Shown here: in pieces, positions 1 through 11,317 of the stretch | Layout of the letters: each line of letters begins with the position of its first letter | Numbering within the stretch: the first letter of the stretch is position 1 | Assembly: GCA_002269645.1 (NCBI GenBank) | Contig: NIVC01001464.1 | Location: 1 to 64,000, forward strand | Reading direction: 5' to 3' | Length of the DNA stretch: 64,000 nucleotides | Source: Macrostomum lignano | Taxonomy: Eukaryota | Made by a program: the position numbers and the translations under genes | The notes under the pieces: model-generated | The model's input: the letters and a program-made list of their open reading frames with translations, nothing else | What the model was told of the DNA's origin: nothing | Databases searched by the model: none

Positions 1-1293
1 GCGCGCCTTGGAAACAGGAAACTGGAGCTGCGGCGCGGCGAGCCCGGCGCACAGTTTCGGTCCCTCAAAGACGAACTGAGCGTTCACGCAGGCCTTCTGC
101 TCCGGGGAAACAGAATCGTGATCCGGCGGAGCTTCAGCAGCTTACGATCAGTTTAGCGCACCAGGGCCACCTCGGACAGAAGAAGACGTGCGACCGACTG
201 CAGCGTAAGGTCTGGTGGCCCGGCATGTCCAAGCAGGTCGAGGCGGTCGTCACTAACTGCCTCCCGTGTCAAGCGGCCCGGACCGACGGCCGTGAAACAC
301 CCGCCGATGCAGCCGACGCCGCTTCCGTCGGGGGCCTGGCAATCGCTCAGCGTCGACGTGTGCGGACCATTCCCAACGGGCGAGAACGTAGTTGTCTTGG
401 TGGACTACTTCAGCCGCTACCCGGACCTCTACGTGGTGCGCAGCCTCACCAGCGCCAGCGTCATCAACTGCGTCATTGCCTCATTCAGCCGCTTCGGTGT
501 GCCGCAGCAGATCACTACGGACAACGCCACCTACTTCACGAGCGAAGAATTCAACGTGTTTCTGGACGGCCTCGGGGTTCGACAGCGCAGGGTCACCCCA
601 CTCTACCCGGCGGCGAACGGCGAGGTGGAGCGCTTCAACCGCAGCCTCAACAAGGCCATCAACGCCGCCACGGCCGAAGGCAACGACTGGCGGCGGGCGA
701 TCCACGAGTGGCTGCTCGGATACCGCAACTCTGTGCACCAAGGCACCGACCGCACGCCCAACGACCTCATGTTCAACCGAGAGACCGGCGACATCCTGCC
801 ATCTGGCCTGACAAAGCAAACCGGCAGCTCCGGACGGCAGCTGCAGCTCCACGACCGCGGCTACAAGCAGGCGATGCGCAAGGCGGCCGACACGCGGCGT
901 TCGGCTGCGCCACACGGCATCCTGGCAGGCGCCCGCGTGCTGCTCAGAAACCGCGGCAAGGCCAAGCTGCGCTGTCCGTTCGACCCGCGGCCTTGGCTTG
1001 TCAAGGCAGTCAGCGGCGGCGCCCTGACTCTGCAACGCGGCACGGCAGTCATTCGGCGGCATGTGACCGAGACGAAGCCGCTTCGTGAGTGCCCCTGGGA
1101 CCTTGACGAGATGGACGGCGATCAGCGGCCGGGGGCGCCTGTGACAGAGGCAAATTCGGCCAACGACGGTCCGATTGCGCAGAGGCCTCATCCCAGGACA
1201 GCAAAGCAGCCGTCTGCTACAAGCAGTGACTTGATTCGAACTGAGCCGGAACGCTGTCAAAGATCGGCATGCTTTAATTGTTTAAGTATTTAA
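1..1293 (+). pseudogene. Retroviral-type integrase (pol C-terminus) with two apparent frameshifts (about 122 and about 290)
   Basis: LLRGNRIVI/PAELQ; HHCC zinc domain HQGH...KVWWPGMSKQVEAVVTNCLPC; DDE core SVDVCGP, TTDNATYF, NGEVERFNRSL. Frameshifts may be real or consensus errors. Confidence 0.88.
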
Positions 1294-1430
1294 TCGTTCG
1301 AAATCAAAAAAATTTGAGACTGTTTTACTAATTAATTTTTTTTAATCCTTCACGTCGTTTCTTGACCAATTTTCGCAATGAAATTTTAAACCCTCTCGTA
1401 TTGGACTTTTCTTTTGCTTTGGGGGAGAGA

Positions 1431-1611
1431 TGTGGTGCGCAGCCTATGCGTGTACAATGCCCTTTCTCTTGCTCTCTAGCCAACGTGCTCAGTACCCCAA
1501 TGTATTGCGTAACTCATAGCTGCACGTCGGCAGCTGCGTGAATATATATCGCAAATATACGGCTCTTAGAGGCCAAGATTCTTACCCGCCAAGCGGACTA
1601 CGAGCACCACA
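1431..1611 (+). repeat. 3' LTR, 181 bp
   Basis: Perfect 8-bp inverted termini TGTGGTGC / GCACCACA; immediately follows the PPT; TATA-like AATATATAT near 1541. Confidence 0.75.
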
Positions 1612-2725
1612 AGCATCAAGTGCAATCAGAGAGCGCCACGACCTCGTCGCAGGGGCGGCGGTCAGAACCTCGAGTCCAGGGTGTCCTCATCGAAGATTTT
1701 CAGCCTCAGGTGCCGGGAGGGCGAGGCAACCCAGCCAGTGTTTTTTGAGGTCTTCAGGGCCCTCCATACAGCGGTGACAGGTGGGGTCAGCGGCTGGGTT
1801 AGCGATGGTGCTGTAGGCGCGGAGAAGGCCAGAAGTTTCCAGAAAGAGGAGCACCTCGCCAGGGCACCTCGCAAGAGCACCTCGCAGGCACCTCGCAAGA
1901 GCACCTCGCCAGGAGCACCTCGCCAAGAGCACCTCGCCAGGAGCACCTCGCCAAGAGCACCTCGCCAGGAGCACCTCGCCAAGAGCATCTCGCCAGGAGC
2001 ACCTCGCCAAGAGCACCTCGCCAGGAGCACCTCGCCAAGAGCACCTCGCCAGTAGCACCTCGCCAAGAGCACCTCGCCAGGAGCACCTCGCCAAGAGCAC
2101 CTCGCCAAGAGCACCTCGCCAGGAGCACCTCGCCAAGAGCACCTCACCAAGAGCACCTCGCCAGGAGCACCTCGCCAAGAGCACCTCGCCAGGACCAACT
2201 CGCCAGGAGCACCTCGCCAGGAGCACCTCGCCAAGAGCACCTCGCCAAGAGCATCTCGCCAGGAGCACCTCGCCAGGAGCACCTCGCCAGGAGCACCTCG
2301 CCAAGAGCACCTCGCCAAGAGCACTTCGCCAAGAGCATCTCGCCAGGAGCACCTCGCCAAGAGCACCTCGCCAGGAGCACCTCGCCAAGAACACCTCGCC
2401 AGGAGCAACTCGCCAGGAGCACCTCGCCAAGAGCACCTCGCCAAGAGCACTGCGTCCTGGCGGATCTGGCAGCTCTTCCCGGTTCAAAGCGCGGTAGACA
2501 GCAGCGGTGCGGGCGTGGGTCGCGGCGGATGTGCCTCGATCGATCGTTGCGTAGATGTTGTCAACGACCAGGGACTTCTTGGTGCCCAGAAAGACACGCA
2601 CGCGACAGATCTCAATCGGCTCTGCTGTGTCAACTGGGATGCGCTTGTATTCAAGGTGGTCTCGGATAAAGCTCAGCGGACCACCCGCCCCATCAGATTG
2701 CTTGCGGTCCACGCGTAAAGTGGCG
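1612..2725 (-). mobile_element. Non-LTR retrotransposon (LINE) remnant: APE endonuclease fragment plus C-terminal CCHC region, RT absent
   Basis: EN-like LRVDRKQSDGAGGPLSFIRDHLEYKRIP...IEICRVRV...LVVDNIY (2450-2720); C-terminal LLRAYSTIANPAADPTCHRCMEGPEDLKKHWLGC, continuing with frameshifts to about 1612. Confidence 0.7.
1849..2450. repeat. 14-bp minisatellite GAGCACCTCGCCA(A/G), about 43 copies
   Basis: Direct reading of the tandem array. Confidence 0.95.
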
Positions 2726-2852
2726 AAAACGGAAATATACATGATGGCGTCGTTCGTGCATCGTGCATTCGTGTGTTCGTGCATTCCTGTACATTATGCA
2801 TCTGCAGACCTTCAGATTAATAAGTATTCGCTGTTGCGCTGTGGGCTCCCTG

Positions 2853-4290
2853 GCACCCCTGTCTCTTGGTGGGTGCCCCTGTCTTTTGGTGGGCGCCCCT
2901 GTCTCTTGGTGGGCACCCCTGTCTGTCTGTCTCTTGGTGGGAGTCCCTGTCTCTTGGTGGGCGCCCCTGTCTCTTGGTGGGCGCCCCTGTCTCTTGGTGG
3001 GCGCCCCTGTCTCTTGGTGGGCGCCCCTGTCTCTTGGTTGGCGCCCCTGTCTCTTGGTGGGCGCCCCTATCTCTTGGTTGGCGCCCCTGTCTCTTGGTTG
3101 GCGCCCCTGTCTCTTGGTGGGCACCCCTGTCTCTTGGTGGGCGCCCCTGTCTCTTGGTGGGCGCCCCTGTCTCTTGGTGGGCACCCCTGTCTCTTGGTTG
3201 GTGCCCCTGTCTCTTGGTGGGCGCCCCTGTTTCTTGGTGGGTGCCCCTGTCTCTTGGTGGGAGTCCCTGTCTCTTGGTGGGCACCCCTGTCTGTCTGTCT
3301 CTTGGTGGACGCCCCTGTCTCTTGGTGGGCGCCCCTGTCTCTTGCTGGGCGCCCCTGTCTCTTGGTGGGCGTCCCTGTCTCTTGGTGGGCGCCCCTGTCT
3401 CTTGGTGGGCGCCCCTGTCTCTTGGTGGGCGCCCCTGTCTCTTGGTGAGCGCCCCTGTTTCTTGGTGGGCGCCCCTGTCTCTTGGTGGGCGCCCCTGTCT
3501 CTTGGTGGGCGCCCCTGTCTCTTGGTGGGCGCCCCTGTCTCTTGGTGGGCGCCCCTGTCTCTTGGTGGGCGCCACTGTCTCTTGGTGGGCGCCCCTGTCT
3601 CTTGGTGGGCGCCCTGTCTCTTGGTTGGCGCCCCTGTCTCTTGGTGGGCACCCCTGTCTCTTGGTGGGCACCCCTGTCTCTTGGTGGGCGCCCCTGTCTC
3701 TTGGTGGGCGCCCCTGTTTCTTGGTTGGCGCCCCTGTCTTTTGGTGGGCGCCCCTGTCTCTTGGTGGGCGCCCCTGTCTCTTGGTGGGCGCCCCTGTCTC
3801 TTGGTGGGTGCCCCTGTCTCTTGGTGGGCGCCCCTGTCTCTTGGTGGGCGCCCCTGTCTGTTGTCTCTTGGTGGGCGCCCCTGTCTCTTGGTGGGTGCCC
3901 CTGTCTCTTGGTGGGCGCCCCAGTCTCTTGGTGGGCGCCCCTGTCTCTTGGTGGGCACCCCTGTCTCTTGGTGGGCACCCCTGTCTCTTGGTGGGCGCCC
4001 CTGTCTCTTGGTGGGCGCCCCTGTTTCTTGGTTGGCGCCCCTGTCTCTTGGTGGGCGCCCCTGTCTCTTGGTGGGCGCCACTGTCTCTTGGTGGGCGCCC
4101 CTGTCTCTTGGTGGGTGCCCTGTCTCTTGGTGGGCGCCCCAGTCTCTTGGTGGGCGCCCCTGTCTGTTGTCTCTTGGTGGGCGCCCCTGTCTCTTGGTGG
4201 GTGCCCCTGTCTCTTGGTGGGCGCCCCAGTCTCTTGGTGGGCGCCCCTGTCTGTTGTCTCTTGGTGGGAGTCCCTGTCTCTTGGTGGGCA
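2853..4290. repeat. 20-bp minisatellite CCCCTGTCTCTTGGTGGGCG, about 70 copies
   Basis: Direct reading; the long ORFs in all frames are repeat artefacts. Confidence 0.97.
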
Positions 4291-4788
4291 CGAGAGAGAC
4301 AGGTAAAAGCATAGGAGAGTCGGGAGAGAGCCAGAGCCCTGTTGCTAAGCAACCGATTCTCTACAACTACTGTACAGTTGAGAAGGCCAGTAGGCAGAGT
4401 GAGAGAGAAAACTGGCCCAGTTTAACAATGCATTTTATGCACATTTGACCGCCTCCTCACACCGAAGCACTGCGAGACTGAGCAGCATTTTACTCTGCTC
4501 AGTAATTAAATGCATTTAAAGATCTCAGACTGCACTGGGGCACAATGGGTCAGCTCAGCCTCATCAAGTACAGCTTGGGGTGGCCGCTGCAGCCGCAGCC
4601 TCTCCGTTGCCATGCTGGGTGCACAGAGGCGAAGGCGGCGGACTCAGCGCTCATGCTCGGGAGAGAAGTTTCGGCTGCTCAGGCCGAGGGGTGGTCGGCC
4701 TCGCCAGAGGCTGCAAAAGGGCGGGCAGCTGAGAGATGAGGCGGTAAAATCTTTCGGGCAACCGGCTGCACAAACCTTTGAAACACCT

Positions 4789-5363
4789 CCACTCTGACAG
4801 CAGCCGTGACTGACATCTGCCTCTCTGACAGCAGCCGTGACTGACATCTGCCTCTCTGACAGCAGCCGTGACTGACATCTGCCACTCTGACAGCAGCCGT
4901 GACTGACATCTGCCTCTCTGACAGCAGCCGTGACTGACATCTGCCACTCTGACAGCAGCCGTGACTGACATCTGCCACTCTGACAGCAGCCGTGACTGAC
5001 ATCTGCCACTCTGACAGCAGCCGTGACTGACATCTGCCACTCTGACAGCAGCCGTGACTGACATCTGCCACTCTGACAGCAGCCGTGACTGACATCTGCC
5101 ACTCTGACAGCAGCCGTGACTGACATCTGCCACTCTGACAGCAGCCGTGACTGACATCTGCCACTCTGACAGCAGCCGTAACTGACATCTGCCACTCTGA
5201 CAGCAGCCGTGACTGACATCTGCCACTCTGACAGCAGCCGTGACTGACATCTGCCACTCTGACAGCAGCCGTGACTGACATCTGCCACTCTGACAGCAGC
5301 CGTGACTGACATCTGCCACTCTGACAGCAGCCGTGACTGACATCTGCCACTCTGACAGCAGCC
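4789..5363. repeat. 31-bp minisatellite GACAGCAGCCGTGACTGACATCTGCCACTCT, about 18 copies
   Basis: Direct reading. Confidence 0.97.
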
Positions 5364-5944
5364 AGACATTACGGACAAGGTTCATAAAGTCTCTTCATAA
5401 TTCATTAAAAACATTTACAGCCGCAAAGCTGCAAACCTCACCTCTACCTCTGTCCCTTCCTCTTTCTTTTTCCCACCCTTCTTTTTCCCTCCCTCCCTCC
5501 TTCTCCCTCCCTCCCCTCTTTCTTTCGTCCTCCTCTCTTTCTCTCTTCTCTCTTTCTTGCACATGTCGTGCCGTAGCCATAAGGAGGACTCTTCGTTATA
5601 AGAGAGCGCTTAGTTGAGCACAAGAAAAAAACGCAACTTCAAGTGACAGTTAAGCGGCCTTTATTATATTGAGAAACAACCGACAAAACGCCTATAATAT
5701 AGCGCAGTCAAACATTTCTAACTTTAGCCTAGGCACAACGTGGCGCGTGAACGCTACGTACATTGGCGATGAGTAAATATTACGTACACAAAGTAAGTCA
5801 GTAAAAATCAGTCAATGAGCTAAGCCAGGCGGCGCCACAGCTCCCTCACTTTCTTCTCCCTCCACTTCATTTTCCCTACATCCCCAACTTTCTCCTATTT
5901 TCCACCACTTTTAACCTTACTAATCCAACACGTTCTAGAGAACA

Positions 5945-8900
5945 ATGAGCCAAAATCAAAGTCAGCATCAGTTCGTCACGACCGAAAACATCCCGCAAAC
6001 TGCTCGACGTGCCCATGGTACGACATCGTCCAGCTTAAGTGATATCGTTCAGGCCACTCACAGTGCTTTAGACAACGGTGACTTTGAAATCATCAAGTTT
6101 CTCGTCCACAAATCAATGACCAATCAAACAGGGACACCTGCTGCATCAATGCTGCCGAAAAAGCTGCAGACAATGGTCACTTTGAAATCGTCAAGTTTCT
6201 CGTCTCACAAATCAATGACCAATCAAACAGGGACACCTGCTGCATCAAAGCTGCCGAAAAAGCTGCAGACAATGGTCACTTTGAAATCGTCAGTTTCTTG
6301 TCCCACAAATCAATGACCAATCAAAACAGGGACACCTGCTGCATCAAAGCTGCCGAAAAAGCTGCAGTCAATGGTCACTTTGAAATCGTCAAGTTTCTCG
6401 TCCACAAATCAATGACCAATCAAACAGGGACACCTGCTGCATCAAAGCTGCCGAAAAAGCTGCAGACAATGGTCACTTTGAAATCGTCAAGTTTCTCGTC
6501 CACAAATCAATGACCAATCAAACAGGGACACCTGCTGCATCAAGCTGCCGAAAAAGCTGCAGACAATGGTCACTTTGAAATCGTCAGTTTCTTGTCCCAC
6601 AAATCAATGACCAATCAAAAGGGACACCTGCTGCATCAAAGCTGCCGAAAAAGCTGCACAATGGTCACTTTGAAATCGTCAAGTTTCTCGTCCACAAATC
6701 AATGACCAATCAAACAGGGACACCTGCTGCATCAAAGCTGCCGAAAAAGCTGCAGACAATGGTCACTTTGAAATCGTCAAGTTTCTCGTCTCACAAATCA
6801 ATGACCAATCAAACAGGGACACCTGCTGCATCAATGCTGCCGAAAAAGCTGCAGACAATGGTCACTTTGAAATCGTCAAGTTTCTTGTCCTCACAAATCA
6901 ATGACCAATCAAAAAGGGACACCTGCTGCATCAAGCTGCCGAAAAGCTGCAGTCAAGGTCACTTTGAAATCGTCAAGTTTCTCGTCCCACAAATCAATGA
7001 CCAATCAAACAGGGACACCTGCTGCATCAAAGCTGCCGAAAAAGCTGCAGACAATGGTCACTTTGAAATCGTCAAGTTTGTCGTCTCACAAATCAATGAC
7101 CAATCAAACAGGGACACCTGCTGCATCAAGCTGCCGAAAAGCTGCAGACAATGGTCACTTTGAAATCGTCGAGTTTCTTGTCCCACAAATCAATGACCAA
7201 TCAAAAAGGGACACCTGCTGCATCAAAGCTGCCGAAAAGCTGCAGACAATGGTCACTTTGAAATCGTCAAGTTTCTCGTCCACAAATCAATGACCAATCA
7301 AAAAGGGACACCTGCTGCATCAATGCTGCCGAAAAAGCTGCAGACAATGGTCACTTTGAAATCGTCAAGTTTCTCGTCCCACAAATCAATGACCAATCAA
7401 AAAGGGACACCTGCTGCATCAAAGCTGCCGATAAAGCTGCAATTTTTGATCACTTTGAAATCGTCAAGTTTCTCGTCCCACAAATCAATGACCAATCAAA
7501 AAGGGACAACTGCTGCATCAAAGCTGCCAAAATAGCTGCAGACCATGGTCACTTTGAAATCGTCAAGTTTCTCGTCTCACAAATCAATGACCAATCAAAA
7601 AGGGACACCTGCTGCACTGCAATGTCACTTTGAAATCGTCAAGTTTCTCGTCTCACAAATCAATGACCAATCAAAAAGGGACACCTGCTGCATCAATGCT
7701 GCCGAAAAAGCTGCAAATTATGGTCACTTTGAAATCGTCAAGTTTTTCGTCTCACAAATCAATGACCAATCAAACAGGGACACTGCTGCATCAAAGCTGC
7801 CAAAAAGCTGCAGTCAAGGGTCACTTTGAAATCGTCAAGTTTCTCGTCTCACAAATCAATGACCAATCAAACAGGGACACCTGCTGCATCAATGCTGCCG
7901 AAAAAGCTGCAGTCAAGGGTCACTTTGAAATCGTCAAGTTTCTCGTCTCACAAATCAATGACCAATCAAACAGGGACACCTGCTGCATCAAAGCTGCCGA
8001 AAATGCTGCAGACAATGGTCACTTTGAAATCGTCAAGTTTCTCGTCCCACAAATCAATGACCAATCAAACAGGGACACCTGCTGCATCAATGCTGCCGAA
8101 AAAGCTGCAAACAATGGTCACTTTGAAATCGTCAAGTTTCTCGTCTCACAAATCAATGACCAATCAAATAGGGACACCTGCTGCATCAATGCTGCCGAAA
8201 GCTGCATTCCCAGGTCACTTTGAAGACGTCAAGCATTTTCTCTCACAAATCAATGACCAATCAAAAAGGGACACCTGCTGCATCAAAGCTGCCGAAAATG
8301 CTGCAATTATGGTCACTTTGAAATCGTCAAGTTTCTCGTCCACAAATCAATGACCAATCAAAAGGGACACCTGCTGCATCAAAGCTGCCGAAAATAGCTG
8401 CAATTTGTCACTTTGAAATCGTCAAGTTTCTCGTCTCACAAATCAATGACCAATCAAACAGGGACACCTGCTGCATCAATGCTGCCGAAAAAGCTGCAGA
8501 CAATGGTCACTTTGAAATCGTCAAGTTTCTGTCCCACAAATCAATGACCAATCAAAAGGGACACCTGCTGCATCAAGCTGCCGAAAAGCTGCAGTCAAGG
8601 TCACTTTGAAATCGTCAAGTTTCTCGTCCACAAATCAATGACCAATCAAAAGGGACACCTGCTGCATCAAAGCTGCCGAAAAAGCTGCAACAATGGTCAC
8701 TTTGAAATCGTCAAGTTTCTCGTCTCACAAATCAATGACCAATCAAACAGGGACACCTGCTGCATCAAAGCTGCCGATAAAGCTGCAATTTTTGATCACT
8801 TTGAAATCGTCAAGTTTCTCATCTCCTGTGTCTCTAGTCTGGATCAGAGAGCGAATCTCCGTTTCCAATGCGCAATCGCGGCTTGCTCTCGTCTTCACGA

Positions 8901-9538
8901 AAATGTCGTTGCCTCCCTCGGTCTCGAGCCCGACTGGCTCTTTCAATACAACACCATCCTCAGCTTCACTGCAGCAATGGCCATCGAAGACAGAAACTCC
9001 GTTCTCAACAAAACCCTCTCTCAGATGCAGACAGCTCAAATCACACAGCTGCTCCGTCTCTCCATCTCTCAAAGACACGTCGCTCTTGCCGCCACACTGC
9101 TCAATCATCAGCGATTCAGCACACAGCATGTCGATCTCCCAGACGACAACACCGGAGCCACCGCTCTCATGCTGGCAGCTGATGCAGGTCATCACGAACT
9201 CATTCACAAACTCATCGATCTCGGCGCCTCACTGCACGCTCAAGACACTCACGGTCGCACCGCTCTCTCACGAGCCTGCCAAGCCGGTTACGTGCAAGCA
9301 GCCAAGATTCTCATCGACAATGGAGCCGATGCCAGCCATCGAGACAGTCAGGGCCTCACCTGTGCGCAGCTCGCAGAGCGATTTGAGCAGCGGCAGGTGC
9401 TGCGGCTGCTGAATCCCACCGAGTCAGTTGCCATTAGTTGCCATTCTACTTGCAATCACTTCGCTACCTTACCTCGCTTTCCTTCACACATTCCAGAAAC
9501 CCTCAGCACCCACAGCCAGCCGCTCAACGCCTTCATCA
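5945..9538 (+). CDS. ANK-cGLR gene copy A, exon 1: ankyrin array (about 29 units, frameshifted as assembled) plus linker and 3 canonical ANK repeats
   Basis: ATG 5945 homologous to ATG 44141; 99-bp units AAEKAADNGHFEIVKFLVSQINDQSNRDTCCIK; TGATALMLAADAGH...GRTALSRACQAG; donor GTGAGT at 9539, phase 1. Many 1-2 nt deletions between about 6.1 and 8.7 kb. Confidence 0.8.
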
Positions 9539-9635
9539 GTGAGTCTGACCGCTTTCACTGCCCTCTCTTGGGTCGAGCTTGGGCCACGCTTCACTCCACT
9601 GACTCCTTTCTCATCATCCCCCCCCAGACTCTCAG

Positions 9636-9992
9636 ACCACTCCGAGCAAGACCACCGTCTCAGCGAGGAGCTGCATCGACTGCTCAGCGATGCGGGATTC
9701 ACCCATCAGAGAGCAAAGTGTCAGCAGAGACTGGCTGACTGGCTGGAAGGAGTCGCTCAAGTCCTCACACAGGATCGCAGGCAGATGACGGGCAGCTACG
9801 CAGAGGGCTGGGCCAACAGTCTGGTGCAAGTGAACGGCAGGACAGCTGCAGACTCGGACATTGACTGGACTGTGCTGGTTGAAGGGCAAGAGTTCCATCT
9901 GGAAGGTGGCTGCAAAGGAAGATCTGGATCCTGCCAAAACGCCACTCGGCTGCAGGTCACGGAGGGCCACGCACAGGTGGCAGTGGGAGCAG
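9636..9992 (+). CDS. ANK-cGLR gene copy A, exon 2: nucleotidyltransferase N-lobe with catalytic motif
   Basis: Acceptor ctctcAG, donor GTGAGT at 9993, phases match; TGSYAEGWANSLVQVNGRTAADSDIDWTVL = GS...DxD NTase signature. Confidence 0.88.
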
Positions 9993-10233
9993 GTGAGTGA
10001 CGCTGGGTTCATCATCAAAATGCTGAGATCCGCATGCAGCAGGATTCGCTGGATTTGCCCATTAATTTGCTCGAATTTTAATTCAGCCTCCAGCAGCTCC
10101 AAGCAGCTTCTCTGCCATGAGGTTTATATCGTCTGGTTTTTATTCACATATTTTCACCCTTTCTCGCACTGTTTGTAATTTTTTTATTTTTTAAGAAGTA
10201 AGGCAGGGGAATCTCAACAGAAACTTAGCATAC

Positions 10234-11142
10234 ATTGTCATTAATTTTTGCCGGCTTAAGCGTCCCTTTTCCGGGCGTCAATGTGGCAATTCGTGCCTTG
10301 AATTGTCTATGGTATTTTCTATCTCAGTAATAGAGCGAAATAGAACAACAGTGTGAAACAGAGGCAAACAAATAACAGCAGAAGTTAATGTTAATGTTAA
10401 TCTCTGGGCGACTGAGACAGAAGAAGCGATGCAGTCCGGCTCTAATGCAGATGAGACTTGCTGGAGCATAGTACCGCTCGTCCTTTGTTCGCAGTGTCGA
10501 ATAGAAGAAACGCAAATAATTAGCCAGAATCGACTTTGGAATTCGCGGCAGATCCGTTGACAGTTTCATTTCTTCCAGAAAAGTCTTGAAGCGGCTCACA
10601 TTGTCCTCCATCTGCCGGGCGAAGGAGTCCGGTATTCCATCTCGTTCAAGCTGATTCAACTCTTGCATCACGTCCTCCGGAATGTCGAGAATCTCTTCTG
10701 ATTCTATCTTGCGCGCAAATTCTTCGCTCAGTTCCTCCAAATACCGGCTGTTCGACTCGGATGATACCCACGCCAGCTCTTCGGCCGACATACCGGAAAC
10801 CATTTCTCCCGGCAGATTAGAATAATTAATTAAATGGTAGATCATTTTCAGAAGTCAAGCACAGCTTAGTCCTGACAGATTTGAAAAATATCAAATAGAT
10901 TTGAAAAAATATACATTTAGCATTTTTCTAGCTCCTTCAGTTTTACTGTCCATCTCTAGACCTGGACCATCAAAACTTCGTCTATGGCCCAGAGCTCGCA
11001 AATCAAAAGAAAGAATGGCCATAGACATTTCAACTGCATTCTGTGTAATAACACAGAGCCCGGAATTTTCGACATTGATGCCCGGAAATCTCTTGCATTA
11101 ATGACAATAATATAAACATTACTTTTTGCGGGGCATCAATGT
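10234..11142 (-). mobile_element. Crypton-like (DUF3504/tyrosine-recombinase-associated) fragment in intron 2 of copy A
   Basis: ORF 10324-10845: FKTFLEEMKLSTDL...LANYLRFFYSTLRTKDERYYAPASLICIRAGLHRFF resembles the Crypton/ZMYM/KCTD1 N-terminal module; bracketed by inverted motifs 10234-10284 / 11072-11108. Confidence 0.65.
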
Positions 11143-11317
11143 AGAATTTTGTGAGGGCGCGTTATATTATACTCATGTCTACAAAACGCGATACGTTAAA
11201 ACCTGAGCTGAGAGAAAGTAGAAGCGTAAAATAATTTTTCTCTTTCTCGGCCCATCATCAGCTCCATAGCGGTGCCCCTGCAAGCATGAAGAGTTTAAGA
11301 GTGGTGATCAGTCACTC

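Larger units (their letters stand above)
1..1611 (+). mobile_element. Ty3/Gypsy LTR retrotransposon, 3' end (integrase, PPT, 3' LTR); runs off the window start
   Basis: Integrase ORF followed by polypurine tract GGGGGAGAGA (1421-1430) directly abutting a TG...CA LTR (1431-1611). Confidence 0.9.

Noticed and set aside
1631-1641. Alternative LTR end at GAGCGCCACG
   Set aside because: It belongs to the LINE's last codons; GCACCACA at 1604-1611 gives a perfect 8-bp inverted terminus.
4300-4790. GC-rich unique segment with short ORFs
   Set aside because: No recognisable domain or consistent splice signals in any frame.
1662-5385. Long ORFs across the 14-, 20- and 31-bp arrays (also 21.2-22.3, 24.7-25.6, 27.3-28.6 and 43.3-44.1 kb)
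   Set aside because: Stop-free in several frames only because of repeat or low-complexity sequence; no domain signal.
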